Made by a program: the position numbers and the translations under genes
Notes under the pieces: model-generated
Told to the model about the DNA's origin: nothing
Databases searched by the model: none
What the model saw: the letters and a program-made list of their open reading frames with translations, nothing else
Assembly (NCBI GenBank): GCA_002309835.1
Contig: DBYL01000019.1
Coordinates: 5,937 to 69,936, forward strand
Source: Bacteroidales bacterium UBA1187
Lineage (GTDB): Bacteria; Bacteroidota; Bacteroidia; Bacteroidales; Paludibacteraceae
DNA length: 64,000 bases
Direction of reading: 5' to 3'
In this document: one piece after another, positions 26,722-36,554 of the stretch
How positions within the stretch are numbered: the stretch's first letter is position 1
Layout: every line of letters begins with the position of its first letter

Positions 26722-27981
26722 TCACTCTTCCCACTTTTTGAATACCAGACAGGCATTGTGGCCTCCAAAACCGAAGGTATTGCTCAGCGCATATTTGATG
26801 TCGCGTTTCTGTGCCTTGTCGAAAGTGAAGTTAATGCGGTAGTCGATCTCTTCGTCCGCATCTTCCGGATCATGGTTGATAGTGGGCGGGATGATTCCGT
26901 CTTTGAGTGCCATCACGCATGCGATAGCCTCTACGGCTCCGGTCGCACCGATCAGGTGACCGGTCATTGACTTGGTGGAGTCCAGGTTCATGTCATAGAC
27001 ATGATCGCCGAACACGCGCTGGATAGCTTTCACCTCCGTCACGTCGCCGAGCGGGGTAGAAGTACCGTGAGTATTGATGAAATCAATCTGATCGGGTTGC
27101 AGACCTGCATCGCGCAGCGCCAGGCGCATCACGCGCTCCGCACCCTTGCCTTCGGGGTCCGGTGCCGTCATATGGTATGCATCCGAGGTCATTCCTTCGC
27201 CGACGATTTCTGCGTAAATCTTCGCGCCGCGCGCTTTGGCGTGCTCGTAATCCTCGAGAATCAGACATGCGGCACCTTCGCCCAAGACGAATCCGTCGCG
27301 CGATTTTGAGAAAGGACGACTGGCGGTCTCCGGACTCTCGTTGCGCGTAGAGAGGGCGTGCAGCGAGTTGAAACCACCGATGCCGGTATAGGTAACGTCC
27401 GCGTCAGCCCCACCCGTCAGCAGTACGTCTGCATGACCGAGACGAATCTGGTCGAAGGCGGTACCTACGGCGTGAGACGAGGATGAACAAGCGGTGGAAA
27501 CCGAGAAACTCGGACCACCGAGACCGAAGCGGATAGATATATGACCGGCGGCGATACTCGGGATAGCCTTCGGAATCATGAACGGGTTGAAACGCGGTAC
27601 ACCGTCGCCTTTGGCGAAATCGATAATCTCTTCTTCGGTGGACTGCAAACCGCCCATGCCGCTTCCCCAAATCACACCTACGCGGCTACGATCCTCTTTT
27701 TCGAGGTCCAGACCACTGTCGCGAAGCGCTTCATCGGCTACGCAAACGGAGAACTGGGAATAGCGATCCATCTTACGCGCCTCTTTGCGATCAATCACAG
27801 CAGTGGGATCAAAGCCCTTTACTTCTCCCGCAAAGTGAGTCTTAAAAAGACTCGCATCGAAAGAAGTGATGGGCGCAATACCATTCTTGCCGGCAACCAA
27901 AGCGCGCCATGTTTCAGGAGCAGAATTACCCACCGGGGTGAGCGCGCCGAGGCCCGTGATAACTACTCGTCGTAACTGCAT
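26722..27981 (-). CDS. fabF: 3-oxoacyl-ACP synthase II
   Basis: Active-site blocks STACSSSSHA, AYHMTAPDPEG, INTHGTSTPLGD and MTGHLIGATG. Located downstream of acpP. Confidence 0.95.
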   Translation of the reverse strand: MQLRRVVITGLGALTPVGNSAPETWRALVAGKNGIAPITSFDASLFKTHFAGEVKGFDPTAVIDRKEARKMDRYSQFSVCVADEALRDSGLDLEKEDRSRVGVIWGSGMGGLQSTEEEIIDFAKGDGVPRFNPFMIPKAIPSIAAGHISIRFGLGGPSFSVSTACSSSSHAVGTAFDQIRLGHADVLLTGGADADVTYTGIGGFNSLHALSTRNESPETASRPFSKSRDGFVLGEGAACLILEDYEHAKARGAKIYAEIVGEGMTSDAYHMTAPDPEGKGAERVMRLALRDAGLQPDQIDFINTHGTSTPLGDVTEVKAIQRVFGDHVYDMNLDSTKSMTGHLIGATGAVEAIACVMALKDGIIPPTINHDPEDADEEIDYRINFTFDKAQKRDIKYALSNTFGFGGHNACLVFKKWEE

Positions 27982-27997
27982 GTATAAAAAACTCTAA

Positions 27998-28037
27998 TAA
28001 AAAGCAGACGAGTTTACAGGTTGGGACCGTAAACTCG
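27998..28037 (-). terminator. acpP-fabF intergenic hairpin (partial terminator or attenuator)
   Basis: Perfect 9-bp stem CGAGTTTAC / GTAAACTCG (28009-28037). On the minus strand it is followed by tctgcttttta. Confidence 0.5.
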
Positions 28038-28058
28038 CTAACTTAGGTGAAAGGAAAA

Positions 28059-28301
28059 TTATTTCCCGTTAGTTTTCTCCTCTACATAAGCGATAGCGTC
28101 GCCTACGGTACTAATCTTCTGAGTGTCCTCATCCGGAATAGAGATACCGAACTCTTTCTCGAACTCCATGATCATCTCAACGGTATCCAGAGAATCGGCT
28201 CCAAGGTCAGTCTGGAAATTAGCTTCGTTAGTAACTTGAGACTCCTCAACACCAAGCTTATCAATAATGATTGCTTTTACTTTTGCGTCAATTTCTGCCA
28301 T
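28059..28301 (-). CDS. acpP: Acyl carrier protein
   Basis: 80 aa with the phosphopantetheine attachment motif [10 protein letters not shown]. Confidence 0.95.
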   Translation of the reverse strand: MAEIDAKVKAIIIDKLGVEESQVTNEANFQTDLGADSLDTVEMIMEFEKEFGISIPDEDTQKISTVGDAIAYVEEKTNGK

Positions 28302-28386
28302 AATACTAAATCAATTAAGTTAATATGTATGTGTTTTTTTATAATAATCGAATACCTTTATTTTCTTTCCTTTCGGAAAAGTGGCG

Positions 28387-28418
28387 CAAAGTTACTGCTT
28401 TTTTTTGAATTGTGCAAA
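28387..28418 (-). promoter_or_regulatory. Bacteroidota-type promoter for acpP-fabF
   Basis: Minus strand reads aTTTGcacaattcaaaaaaaagcagTAacTTTG, with a 20-nt spacer. Confidence 0.6.
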
Positions 28419-28434
28419 TAATTCGCCCTTAAAT

Positions 28435-29253
28435 TTACTTTTTGCTATTCAAATGTAGCACAATCTTGCCTAAATACACCCCACTCTTCGCCATTTGAGC
28501 TACAGGAATGCTATCTCCGTCTAAATTCGCGACACGTAAATTATCGTATAATTTATGGGTGTGTCCACCGATGACGGCATCAATGCCACGGGTGTGAGAT
28601 ACGAGGGCGGTATCGCATACATCTTCCGCAGCTTTCCCGAACGTACCCATGTGGCTGAGACAGATAACAATGTCGCATTTTTCCGCCCGTAAAGTGTCCG
28701 CCATTTGTTGGGCTATAGCATAGGGCTCCAGGTATTTTGCGGGCTCAAAATTCTTATCGGAGATGATACCTTTTGGATCACATCCAAGACCAAAAATACC
28801 GATCTTCAAACCTCCTTTTCGTACGATGGCGAAAGGTTGAATAAGGCCTTCCAGCGCCGTTCCCGTGAAGTCATAATTCGCACAGACGATTGGGAAGTTA
28901 GCCGTCTTAATCACCGCAGCCAGCGTATCTAAACCATTATCAAACTCATGATTACCAAGCGTACCGGCATCGTACCCCATCCTATTCATAGCGTTCAGTT
29001 CCACACGGCCGTGGAAGAAATTGAAATAGGGTGTGCCTTGACAGAAATCACCTGCATCCACTAAGAGCAAGTTGCGATCCAGCGCACGCTCCTGACGAAT
29101 GAGGCCCATGCGACGAGCATAGCCGCCCTGATTGTTCGATTTCGGTTCTACTTGAGAATGTGTGTCATTCGTGTGCAGGATCGTTAGATGGTCTTGTGGC
29201 GTGCAAGCGATGCCCAGCACAGCCATTACGCAATAAAAGAAAAAGTGTCGCAT
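28435..29253 (-). CDS. Calcineurin-like metallophosphoesterase (5'-nucleotidase N-terminal domain type), exported
   Basis: Signal peptide plus the metallophosphatase motifs HTNDTHS, DAGD, GNHEFD and GGHTH. Confidence 0.8.
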   Translation of the reverse strand: MRHFFFYCVMAVLGIACTPQDHLTILHTNDTHSQVEPKSNNQGGYARRMGLIRQERALDRNLLLVDAGDFCQGTPYFNFFHGRVELNAMNRMGYDAGTLGNHEFDNGLDTLAAVIKTANFPIVCANYDFTGTALEGLIQPFAIVRKGGLKIGIFGLGCDPKGIISDKNFEPAKYLEPYAIAQQMADTLRAEKCDIVICLSHMGTFGKAAEDVCDTALVSHTRGIDAVIGGHTHKLYDNLRVANLDGDSIPVAQMAKSGVYLGKIVLHLNSKK

Positions 29254-29278
29254 GGTATATTCATTTATAATTTACAAA

Positions 29279-31093
29279 TCAAAATCTCTTTGCCAACTCT
29301 TCGTCTGTCACGAGCGAGACGATAGTCTTGCCGTCTTTTAAGTGACGGTAGCTAGGTAGCGCAATTAGGCGCGTTACGATATCGTGCATCTCGGCATCTC
29401 CCAACACTTTCCCAAAGGGAATAGCTGCACTCTCAGCCAGCGATAATGCTATCTGTTCGCGCCATTCCTGTTGAGTGTCTGCCCCGCGACTGCGCACCTG
29501 ATGCAAGATGTTTTGCAGCACAGGCAGCGGTGACTGGTTTGCTAATTGGGAAGGGATACCTTGTATCGAAAAACTATCAGGACTGAGTTGCTCCAAGTCA
29601 AAGCCGATGGCGCGCAAGTCCGGTAGCAAATTATTCATAAGAACCATCTCATCCGGTTGCAGGGCAATCACTTCAGGGAAGAGCAGTTGTTGCATCGCGC
29701 CTTGGGTGTGCGCCAGTTGTTCTATAAACTGCGCATACAACACGGCGATATGCGCACGACGCGGATGGATCAGTAGCAGTCCTTCAGCCGAAGGCATGAA
29801 GATATATTTCCCACCGTACTGCCACATCGGCGCTTGCTCTGCGTCCAGTGGACGCAACATTCCATCATTAAGCAGCTGTGCTGCATCATTGATTCCGCTC
29901 TGCGGACGCTCATTCTTTAAACCATCATAGAGTGACTCCCAGTTTTTGGGAGTAGGCTGATTAGGATAAATAGCGCCACGCGTGTGGAAAGGATTATAAT
30001 GGGGATCAACACTCACCTGCGGTTGCTCTACCGGTTTGTCTGTAGGCAGAGGGATATCAATCGTTCCGGAAGTATCAAAATCAATCTGCGGAGCGAGGGT
30101 AAACTTACCCAAGGCTTCGCGTACAGAGGCCATGAGAATTTGGAAGATAGCCTGCTCGTCGGCAAACTTAATCTCCGTCTTCGTAGGATGAATATTGACA
30201 TCTATAGCCTCTGGATCGATATCAAAATAGATGAAGAAGGACGGTTGGTAATCACTGGTCAGCATGCCCGAATATGCCGTCTGTACGGCTTTCAGGAAAT
30301 ACGGATGACGCATGTAGCGTCCGTTGACAAAGAAATACTGCTCTGCCTTACGTGTGGCACTCTCCGGTTTGATGACAAATCCGCGGATAGACACTAAGTC
30401 TGTCTCCGTATTCAAGTCCACAAAATTAGAGGTATAGACGTTCCGCTTCGGATTACCGAATATCGCCTCTATGCGTTGCTTCTCGGTGCCTACCGGCAAC
30501 TCGAGGAGGATCTCATCGTTGTGCACGAAAGTGAACGCCACTTTCGGATACACCAGCACAATATGATAAAACTCATTAAGCAGATTGCGCAACTCCGTCT
30601 GGTCGGTCTTTAGGAACTTACGGCGGACAGGGACGTTGAAGAAGAGGTTGCTTACCTTGATATTTGTCCCTTTAGGACAAGAGCACACCTCCTGACGCAC
30701 TACATCCGAGCCGTGTATCTCCAGCAGCGTACCTGTCTCATCTTCCGTGCGACGGGTCGTCATCTCCACTTGCGCCACGGCGCATATGGAGGCTAAAGCT
30801 TCTCCGCGGAAACCCATCGTGCGCAGACTGAACAGATCTTTCGCCTCGCGAATCTTACTGGTGGCATGCCGTTCGAACGCCAGACGCGCGTCCATCTCAC
30901 TCATGCCTATACCGTCATCTATCACCTGCAACAACGTACGACCGGCATCGCGCACAATGATTTGTACGCGCGTTGCACCTGCGTCGAGACTATTCTCCAC
31001 CAGCTCCTTGAGACACGAGGCGGGGCGTTGAATAACCTCCCCTGCCGCTATCTGGTTGGCAACGCTGTCCGGTAAAAGATGAATAATATCCAC
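29279..31093 (-). CDS. mutL: DNA mismatch repair protein MutL
   Basis: GHKL ATPase N-terminus ANQIAAGEVIQRPASCLKELVENSLDAGA. 604 aa. Confidence 0.95.
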   Translation of the reverse strand: MDIIHLLPDSVANQIAAGEVIQRPASCLKELVENSLDAGATRVQIIVRDAGRTLLQVIDDGIGMSEMDARLAFERHATSKIREAKDLFSLRTMGFRGEALASICAVAQVEMTTRRTEDETGTLLEIHGSDVVRQEVCSCPKGTNIKVSNLFFNVPVRRKFLKTDQTELRNLLNEFYHIVLVYPKVAFTFVHNDEILLELPVGTEKQRIEAIFGNPKRNVYTSNFVDLNTETDLVSIRGFVIKPESATRKAEQYFFVNGRYMRHPYFLKAVQTAYSGMLTSDYQPSFFIYFDIDPEAIDVNIHPTKTEIKFADEQAIFQILMASVREALGKFTLAPQIDFDTSGTIDIPLPTDKPVEQPQVSVDPHYNPFHTRGAIYPNQPTPKNWESLYDGLKNERPQSGINDAAQLLNDGMLRPLDAEQAPMWQYGGKYIFMPSAEGLLLIHPRRAHIAVLYAQFIEQLAHTQGAMQQLLFPEVIALQPDEMVLMNNLLPDLRAIGFDLEQLSPDSFSIQGIPSQLANQSPLPVLQNILHQVRSRGADTQQEWREQIALSLAESAAIPFGKVLGDAEMHDIVTRLIALPSYRHLKDGKTIVSLVTDEELAKRF

Positions 31094-31104
31094 TCCTTAA
31101 TATA

Positions 31105-31341
31105 TTATAATATAAAATAGAACGCGAAAAGAAGCAGGATGAGCAAAGAAATAAGGAATACTAACCTACTCTGTTTCTTCTTTCGCAGCTCCGTCATGTT
31201 CCTTTCGTGCTCCTCGCGGAAAGACCCGTGATGAAGACGCGCAAGTTTTTTATCCTTGCGCGCCTCCTTATCCTCGTCGTAATAAATGGGGCGATAGTCC
31301 CACTCACGGGGTTTCTGTACTTTCGGAAAAAGTACGGACAT
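31105..31341 (-). CDS. Small tail-anchored membrane protein (hypothetical)
   Basis: 78 aa. Charged N-terminal part and a single C-terminal TM (LVFLISLLILLLFAFYFIL). Tightly packed between mutL and the upstream lipoprotein gene. Confidence 0.5.
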   Translation of the reverse strand: MSVLFPKVQKPREWDYRPIYYDEDKEARKDKKLARLHHGSFREEHERNMTELRKKKQSRLVFLISLLILLLFAFYFIL

Positions 31342-31345
31342 TTAC

Positions 31346-33037
31346 TTACTTAACCAGAGCTTTGAACTCGTCGTCCTCTGCAAACTTAGCGAACTCAATG
31401 TCGTCAGCAGCGCGAGCTTTGAGCTTAGCGTCCTGAGCGATAGCCGACTTGAGGTTGCTGATAACACCAGCTTTGTCGTTCGTACGAGCAGCTACAACAG
31501 CCTTCAGATAAGCGGTCGTTGCGTTCGGCTCTTTTACGTTAGCCAAAGTCTGAGCAGCACCAGCGTAGTCCTCGTTGAGGATCTGCTGAACAGCAGCGTT
31601 GTTCGAAGCGGTCTCACCGTAAGCGTTCTTTGCAGCAGCGTAGTCACCCTTCTGCGTATAGAGCGTACCGAGAGCAGCATTCAAGTTACCCTTTGTGCCG
31701 GCAGCCTTGCCGAGGTACTCCTCTGCTTTTGCGAGGTCACCGTCAGCCATAGCTGCAATACCTGCGTTGTAGTTCACGTCCGGATCATTCGGCTGGATCT
31801 CCAGAGCCTTGCTGTAGCAACGACGAGCCTCAGCGATGTTACCCTCCTCGAAATAGAGTTGTCCGAGGCTGTTCCATGCGCGGTAGTCATTGAATTGGTC
31901 AGCAGCTTTCTGATAGATAGCTTTCTTCTCTGCCTTGTCGTTGGTCAGCGTAGCAGCATAGAGCAGCTCCTCAACGCTCAGCTGAGCAGGATCTTCCTTA
32001 GCCAGTTTCTTGATCTCGTCATCGCTCTTACCGATAAGGTCGGTAGTGAGGATGAGGCGGCTGCGACGGAGAGCCGGAAGGATCTCGTCAGCGATAGTGC
32101 CATATACAGAACTCAGGTTCTTGATCTGAGCCTCACGCTCCTCAGGATCGCTGTACATAGAGAGCACGCGGAGTACGAGGTCTTTGTCCTGCATGTTGCT
32201 GTTCTCCATTGCCTTCTGGAAACCATCCCAGTCCTCAGCGGTGATATTCGAAGCAACCTCTGCTTTTACTTTATTCTTCTTGAGGTCGTTCTTGAGGAAG
32301 TTAGCAGCAGCTTTCTGACGGTTCTTTGCCAGATTCTCGTTCAGATCCTGAGCACCATCCGGGGAAGCGTAACCTGCAACCTCGATCTTGTTGATCTCTT
32401 TCTTCTCGTTGTCCTTAGCGTCCTTGATAGCAGCCTGGAGGTTCTTCACGCCGTCATTCTTCGTCTCAGACGAACGAAGCTCTGCACTCTGGATGAGGAA
32501 CTTGATGTCAGCCTCAGTCAACTCCTGGATAACACGCTGGAACTTGTCCGGAGTGGTAGCCGTCTTGTTGTCCTTAGCGTCAGCCAACTCAGAAGTAGCT
32601 ACAACACCATCAGCAATCTTGAGATCAGGAATCTCAATCACTTTCTTACCGACCTTAGCCTCAAAACGGAGGTAAAGCTCGGATTTACGCATTGCGGGAA
32701 CATAGTCGAACGAGCAGCTCTGGCTATATTTACCACCTTGCTTGTAGTTAACAGTCTTACCGTTCTCTTTGGCTTTCTCACCTACGTAGGTAACAGGGTC
32801 ACCTACAACCTCTTGACCCTCGAATTTGAGGACCGGAGTAACGGTCAATACACCTTTCTTAGCAAATTTCTTTGCAGGGAAAGTACCGGTGATGTCTGCG
32901 TCAACTTTGTTACCAACCTTCTGCAGCGGGCTGGGGTTAACGGTGATCTCATCGGGTTTCGGTAACGATTTGTTACACGATGCCAACAATGCTACTGCAG
33001 CAATGAGGCTAAGAAATAAACCTTTCTTCATATGCAA
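31346..33037 (-). CDS. Lipoprotein with OmpA-like segment and C-terminal TPR repeats
   Basis: Lipobox LLASC|N, the segment EVAGYASPDG...NLAKNRQ, and TPR-like repeats (AWNSLGQLYFEEGNIAEARRCYSKALEIQP...). Confidence 0.6.
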   Translation of the reverse strand: MHMKKGLFLSLIAAVALLASCNKSLPKPDEITVNPSPLQKVGNKVDADITGTFPAKKFAKKGVLTVTPVLKFEGQEVVGDPVTYVGEKAKENGKTVNYKQGGKYSQSCSFDYVPAMRKSELYLRFEAKVGKKVIEIPDLKIADGVVATSELADAKDNKTATTPDKFQRVIQELTEADIKFLIQSAELRSSETKNDGVKNLQAAIKDAKDNEKKEINKIEVAGYASPDGAQDLNENLAKNRQKAAANFLKNDLKKNKVKAEVASNITAEDWDGFQKAMENSNMQDKDLVLRVLSMYSDPEEREAQIKNLSSVYGTIADEILPALRRSRLILTTDLIGKSDDEIKKLAKEDPAQLSVEELLYAATLTNDKAEKKAIYQKAADQFNDYRAWNSLGQLYFEEGNIAEARRCYSKALEIQPNDPDVNYNAGIAAMADGDLAKAEEYLGKAAGTKGNLNAALGTLYTQKGDYAAAKNAYGETASNNAAVQQILNEDYAGAAQTLANVKEPNATTAYLKAVVAARTNDKAGVISNLKSAIAQDAKLKARAADDIEFAKFAEDDEFKALVK

Positions 33038-33125
33038 TATAAATTAATTAAAGGATGTTGATTTATCAACTTCTAACTACACACACTCGCACGCCAATTC
33101 GCACGCTTTTGCGCATAATTCGCTG

Positions 33126-33157
33126 CAAAAGTACAACTTTTTTTTGATATATGCAAA
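33126..33157 (-). promoter_or_regulatory. Bacteroidota-type promoter for the 33037 lipoprotein operon
   Basis: Minus strand reads aTTTGcatatatcaaaaaaaagttgTActTTTG, with a 20-nt spacer. Confidence 0.6.
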
Positions 33158-33189
33158 TATTTCGCGTTTTTTTGTAAAAAAAGCGAGCA

Positions 33190-34440
33190 TTACACCTCAT
33201 GCGGGCGCATGAAACCGGCAGGCTGGTCGTCTATATCAGCCTCTGTGCCTTGTACGGCGAAATGTATCTGATTACGTCCGAAACGCTCGTTAATACCGTC
33301 TATGGCCTGCATGAGTCGTTTCTTGCGCGCTTTCTCTTCCGCCTGGTCCGGAGCGAACAGGTCTAACTGTACGCCGTCGGCACTCTGCAGCTGACCTAAG
33401 ATCACACCGGCTTGCTTGTATTGGTAGTTCTCTTTGAAGAGTTTGTCCAACAACTGCTCCACGGCAAGGATAATCTTGGTGGAGTCATCGGTGGCAGTCG
33501 CTAACCGTAGCGTCTCATCGCCGTAATATTGGGCGAGGTCCTGGCGATGCCGATTAGTAGCGAGAAAGATAGTGACAGTGCGGCATAGCGAGCCTTGTTC
33601 ACGCATCTTGCGTGTGGCTGAACCGGCATAATTACTCAACTCGCGTTTCAGTACCGCCTTACTGCTCGTCATATGCGCAAAAGTGCGGCTATACATGATT
33701 GATTTCTGCCGCTCATGGCTGGCAATGGTGATGGACGGAATGCCGTTCAGTTCCTTCCATGTGCGGACTCCCGTCACACCGAAATGCCGCTGCACCCAAG
33801 TCTCTGACTGGCGGGTGTAGTCGAGCGCCGTCTTAACGCCTTGCATCGTGATCGTCTTGATCCTTCGGCGGCCGATGCCCCACACCTCTTTGATGGGCAC
33901 CATCGCTAGGGCCTGTTCGCGTTTGTCGGCCGGCATGATACATATACCGTTGTAGGCAGGATAATGCTTCGCGAACCAAGTGGCGGTCTTTGCAAGCGTA
34001 TACGTTGTCCCCGCACCACAACTGACGGGAATACTCGTCTCGCGCAGGATGATATCTTTGAGAGTTTGGAGATATTCGCGCAAGCAGATAGGATCATCAT
34101 CGGGCATAGAACCGAAAAACTCATCTACACTATATTGGACAAAGTCCAGCACCATCTCCGTCTTCTTCACTTCTTCCATGATGTGCGCCGAGACCTCATG
34201 ATATAGATGATGATGCACATCAATGACCGTAACATGTTGTTGTTCAATCAGTTGCGTTACTTGAAACAGCGGATTGCCGCGCTTGAGACCGACTGCTTTC
34301 GCTTCGGCGTTCAGCGCCAGGATAATTCCGCCGTTATTGCCGTTATCGTTCGCCACCACTACCGGCGTGCCACGCAACTCCGGCCGCGAGACCAACTCGC
34401 AACTCACAAAGAAATTATTACAGTCCAGATGAATATACAT
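33190..34440 (-). CDS. Y-family translesion DNA polymerase, UmuC-like
   Basis: MYIHLDCNNFFVSCELVSRPELRGTPVVVANDNG...ALNAEAKAVGLKRGNP follows the UmuC N-terminal pattern (DVNAFYASCE...VVVLSNNDG...AEAKALG) rather than the DinB one. Confidence 0.8.
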   Translation of the reverse strand: MYIHLDCNNFFVSCELVSRPELRGTPVVVANDNGNNGGIILALNAEAKAVGLKRGNPLFQVTQLIEQQHVTVIDVHHHLYHEVSAHIMEEVKKTEMVLDFVQYSVDEFFGSMPDDDPICLREYLQTLKDIILRETSIPVSCGAGTTYTLAKTATWFAKHYPAYNGICIMPADKREQALAMVPIKEVWGIGRRRIKTITMQGVKTALDYTRQSETWVQRHFGVTGVRTWKELNGIPSITIASHERQKSIMYSRTFAHMTSSKAVLKRELSNYAGSATRKMREQGSLCRTVTIFLATNRHRQDLAQYYGDETLRLATATDDSTKIILAVEQLLDKLFKENYQYKQAGVILGQLQSADGVQLDLFAPDQAEEKARKKRLMQAIDGINERFGRNQIHFAVQGTEADIDDQPAGFMRPHEV

Positions 34441-34547
34441 CGCCCTTCAAATGTTGCATATTACCAGTCGGCTTAAAGTCGGTATCACATCGGAGGCAAG
34501 TCGAGGTAAACACGGAGGCGGGAATGTTCTATTTTTTCACGCTCCTT

Positions 34548-35141
34548 TTACCACTTGTTGTAGTGGATGTTCTCGGGGAGGAATTTGTCTTTGACGGCGG
34601 GGTGCTCAGCAGGGATGCCGACGGGGACTACGCAGAGCGGGATGATGTGTTCGGGCAGACCGAGCATGTCTTGTACCAGTTTAGCGCGGTTCATATCGGG
34701 ATGCAAGCCCGTCCAGACGGCTCCAAGACCCATGGCGTGAGCGGCGAGAAGGAGGTTCTCTGTGGCAGCGGAGACATCGTTGATCCAGAAATTGGCCATC
34801 TCGCCCGGGATGGCTTTGTTGAGGTCTCCGCAAGGGATGATTGCTACGGCAGGATGATTGCTGCAACGCGAATAGGGAAGCGCTTCGCCGAGTTGGGCGA
34901 TGAGGGTTTCGTCCGTGACGACGATAAACGCCCAAGGTTGTTTGTTGATCGCCGAAGGCGCAGCCATGGCCGCACGAAGGAGAGTGTCGATCTGCGCCTC
35001 GCTGATCTTTTCGCCCGTGAACTCACGTACGGAGACGCGGGTCATGATGTTTTTGATAGCTTGATTTTCCATAACTTGAGGTTGTTGATTGCAGGCAGCG
35101 AAAATGAAGGCTGCGAGTGCAAGAAGAATGAGTTTTTTCAT
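34548..35141 (-). CDS. Nitroreductase-family protein with lipoprotein signal
   Basis: Signal/lipobox AAFIFAAC|N, then RVSVREFTGEKISEAQIDTLLRAAMAAPSAINKQPWAFIVV, typical of nitroreductases. Confidence 0.8.
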   Translation of the reverse strand: MKKLILLALAAFIFAACNQQPQVMENQAIKNIMTRVSVREFTGEKISEAQIDTLLRAAMAAPSAINKQPWAFIVVTDETLIAQLGEALPYSRCSNHPAVAIIPCGDLNKAIPGEMANFWINDVSAATENLLLAAHAMGLGAVWTGLHPDMNRAKLVQDMLGLPEHIIPLCVVPVGIPAEHPAVKDKFLPENIHYNKW

Positions 35142-35198
35142 ATGTGTATATTTGGAAGAGTTTTCTTACTTTGGGTGTATTATTCGTCTTTGTCGCTG

Positions 35199-35230
35199 CA
35201 AAGATACGGATAATTTTTGAATTATGCAAA
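35199..35230 (-). promoter_or_regulatory. Bacteroidota-type promoter for the nitroreductase gene
   Basis: Minus strand reads aTTTGcataattcaaaaattatccgTAtcTTTG, with a 20-nt spacer. Confidence 0.6.
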
Positions 35231-35414
35231 TTTTAACAGAAAAACGAAGAAGTCAAATCTTTTGACGAGGATGGTTAAGTGGTGAATTTGCCCGATGAAA
35301 TCGAGAGAAGTTGAATAATTCTAGGCAAAATAACACCCTTCGCAGACACGGCAGTCACAACAGACAAAAGACAAGTGTGTCATGTATCATTTTTCAAAAA
35401 AGTAATGCGCGCGC

Positions 35415-35445
35415 TTGCATATATGAAAAATTTGTTGTAATTTTG
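35415..35445 (+). promoter_or_regulatory. Bacteroidota-type promoter for the mreB operon
   Basis: cTTGcatatatgaaaaatttgttgTAatTTTG, with a 20-nt spacer, 75 nt upstream of the mreB ATG. Confidence 0.6.
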
Positions 35446-35520
35446 CACGGTATTTTGCGGAGTACGCGCTTTCGCGAACCATCTTTACAGCAGATAATTA
35501 CATAAAAAACGATACAAAAC

Positions 35521-36540
35521 ATGGGACTTTTTTCTTTTACTCAAGAGATCGCTATTGACCTCGGAACGGCGAACACGATTATCATGTGTGATGATAAGAT
35601 CGTGGTAGATGAGCCGTCTGTAGTAGCTATCTCAATGGCGGACAACAAGATGGTTGCCGTCGGCCGTAAGGCACAACAGATGATCGGTAAGGGTGGTTCG
35701 ATGATTCGCACCGTGCGTCCTTTGCGCGATGGTGTCATCGCCGATTTCTACGCTTGCGAGATGATGATTCGCGGAATGATTAAGATGATTCCGAAGCAGA
35801 CACACCTGTTCACTCCTTCTATCCGCATGGTAGTTTGTATTCCTTCGGGTTCCACTGAAGTGGAAATCCGTGCGGTGCGTGACAGTTCAGAGCACGCAGG
35901 CGGACGTGATGTCTACATGATTTACGAGCCGATGGCAGCTGCGATCGGTATCGGTATCGATGTAGAAAGTCCGGAGGGCTGTATGATTGTAGATATCGGT
36001 GGTGGTACGACGGAGATTGCTGTCATCTCGCTTGGCGGTATCGTAAGTAATAAGTCTATCAAAATTGCAGGTGATGACTTTAACCAGGATATCGTTGAGT
36101 ATATGGGTCGTATGCACAACTTGCGTATCGATGAGCCTACGGCTGAGCGCATCAAGATTCAGGTAGGTTCGGCTCTTCCGGAACTGGAGGATGCTCCTGA
36201 GGATTTCGTCGTTGTAGGTCCTAACAAAGTGACGGCGCTTCCGATGTCGGTTCCCGTAAGTTATCAGGAGATTGCGCACTGTCTCGAGAAGAGCGTGAGC
36301 AAGATCGAGAGCGCTATCCTTCAGGCACTGGAATCCACGCCGCCTGAGTTATACTCGGACATCGTGAAACGTGGTATTTACCTGACCGGTGGTGGTGCAC
36401 TGCTCCATGGTCTGGCAAGACGTCTGACGGATAAGATCACAATTCAGTTCCACGTGGCAGATGATCCGTTGCACTCCGTTGCTCGCGGTACAGGTGTAGC
36501 GCTGAAGAACGTGAACAACTTCGGCTTCCTGATTCGCTAA
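35521..36540 (+). CDS. mreB: Rod shape-determining protein MreB
   Basis: Actin-like ATPase motifs (IAIDLGTANT, DIGGGTTE). 339 aa. Confidence 0.95.
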   Translation: MGLFSFTQEIAIDLGTANTIIMCDDKIVVDEPSVVAISMADNKMVAVGRKAQQMIGKGGSMIRTVRPLRDGVIADFYACEMMIRGMIKMIPKQTHLFTPSIRMVVCIPSGSTEVEIRAVRDSSEHAGGRDVYMIYEPMAAAIGIGIDVESPEGCMIVDIGGGTTEIAVISLGGIVSNKSIKIAGDDFNQDIVEYMGRMHNLRIDEPTAERIKIQVGSALPELEDAPEDFVVVGPNKVTALPMSVPVSYQEIAHCLEKSVSKIESAILQALESTPPELYSDIVKRGIYLTGGGALLHGLARRLTDKITIQFHVADDPLHSVARGTGVALKNVNNFGFLIR

Positions 36541-36554
36541 TCGGCGAGTAGCAC

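Noticed and set aside
28047-28421. 124-aa + strand ORF over acpP
   Set aside because: It is antisense to the unmistakable acpP gene and runs through the acpP promoter.
35311-35505. 64-aa ORF upstream of mreB
   Set aside because: It overlaps the mreB promoter, has an Arg/Asn/Ser-rich junk-like sequence and no ATG start in good context.
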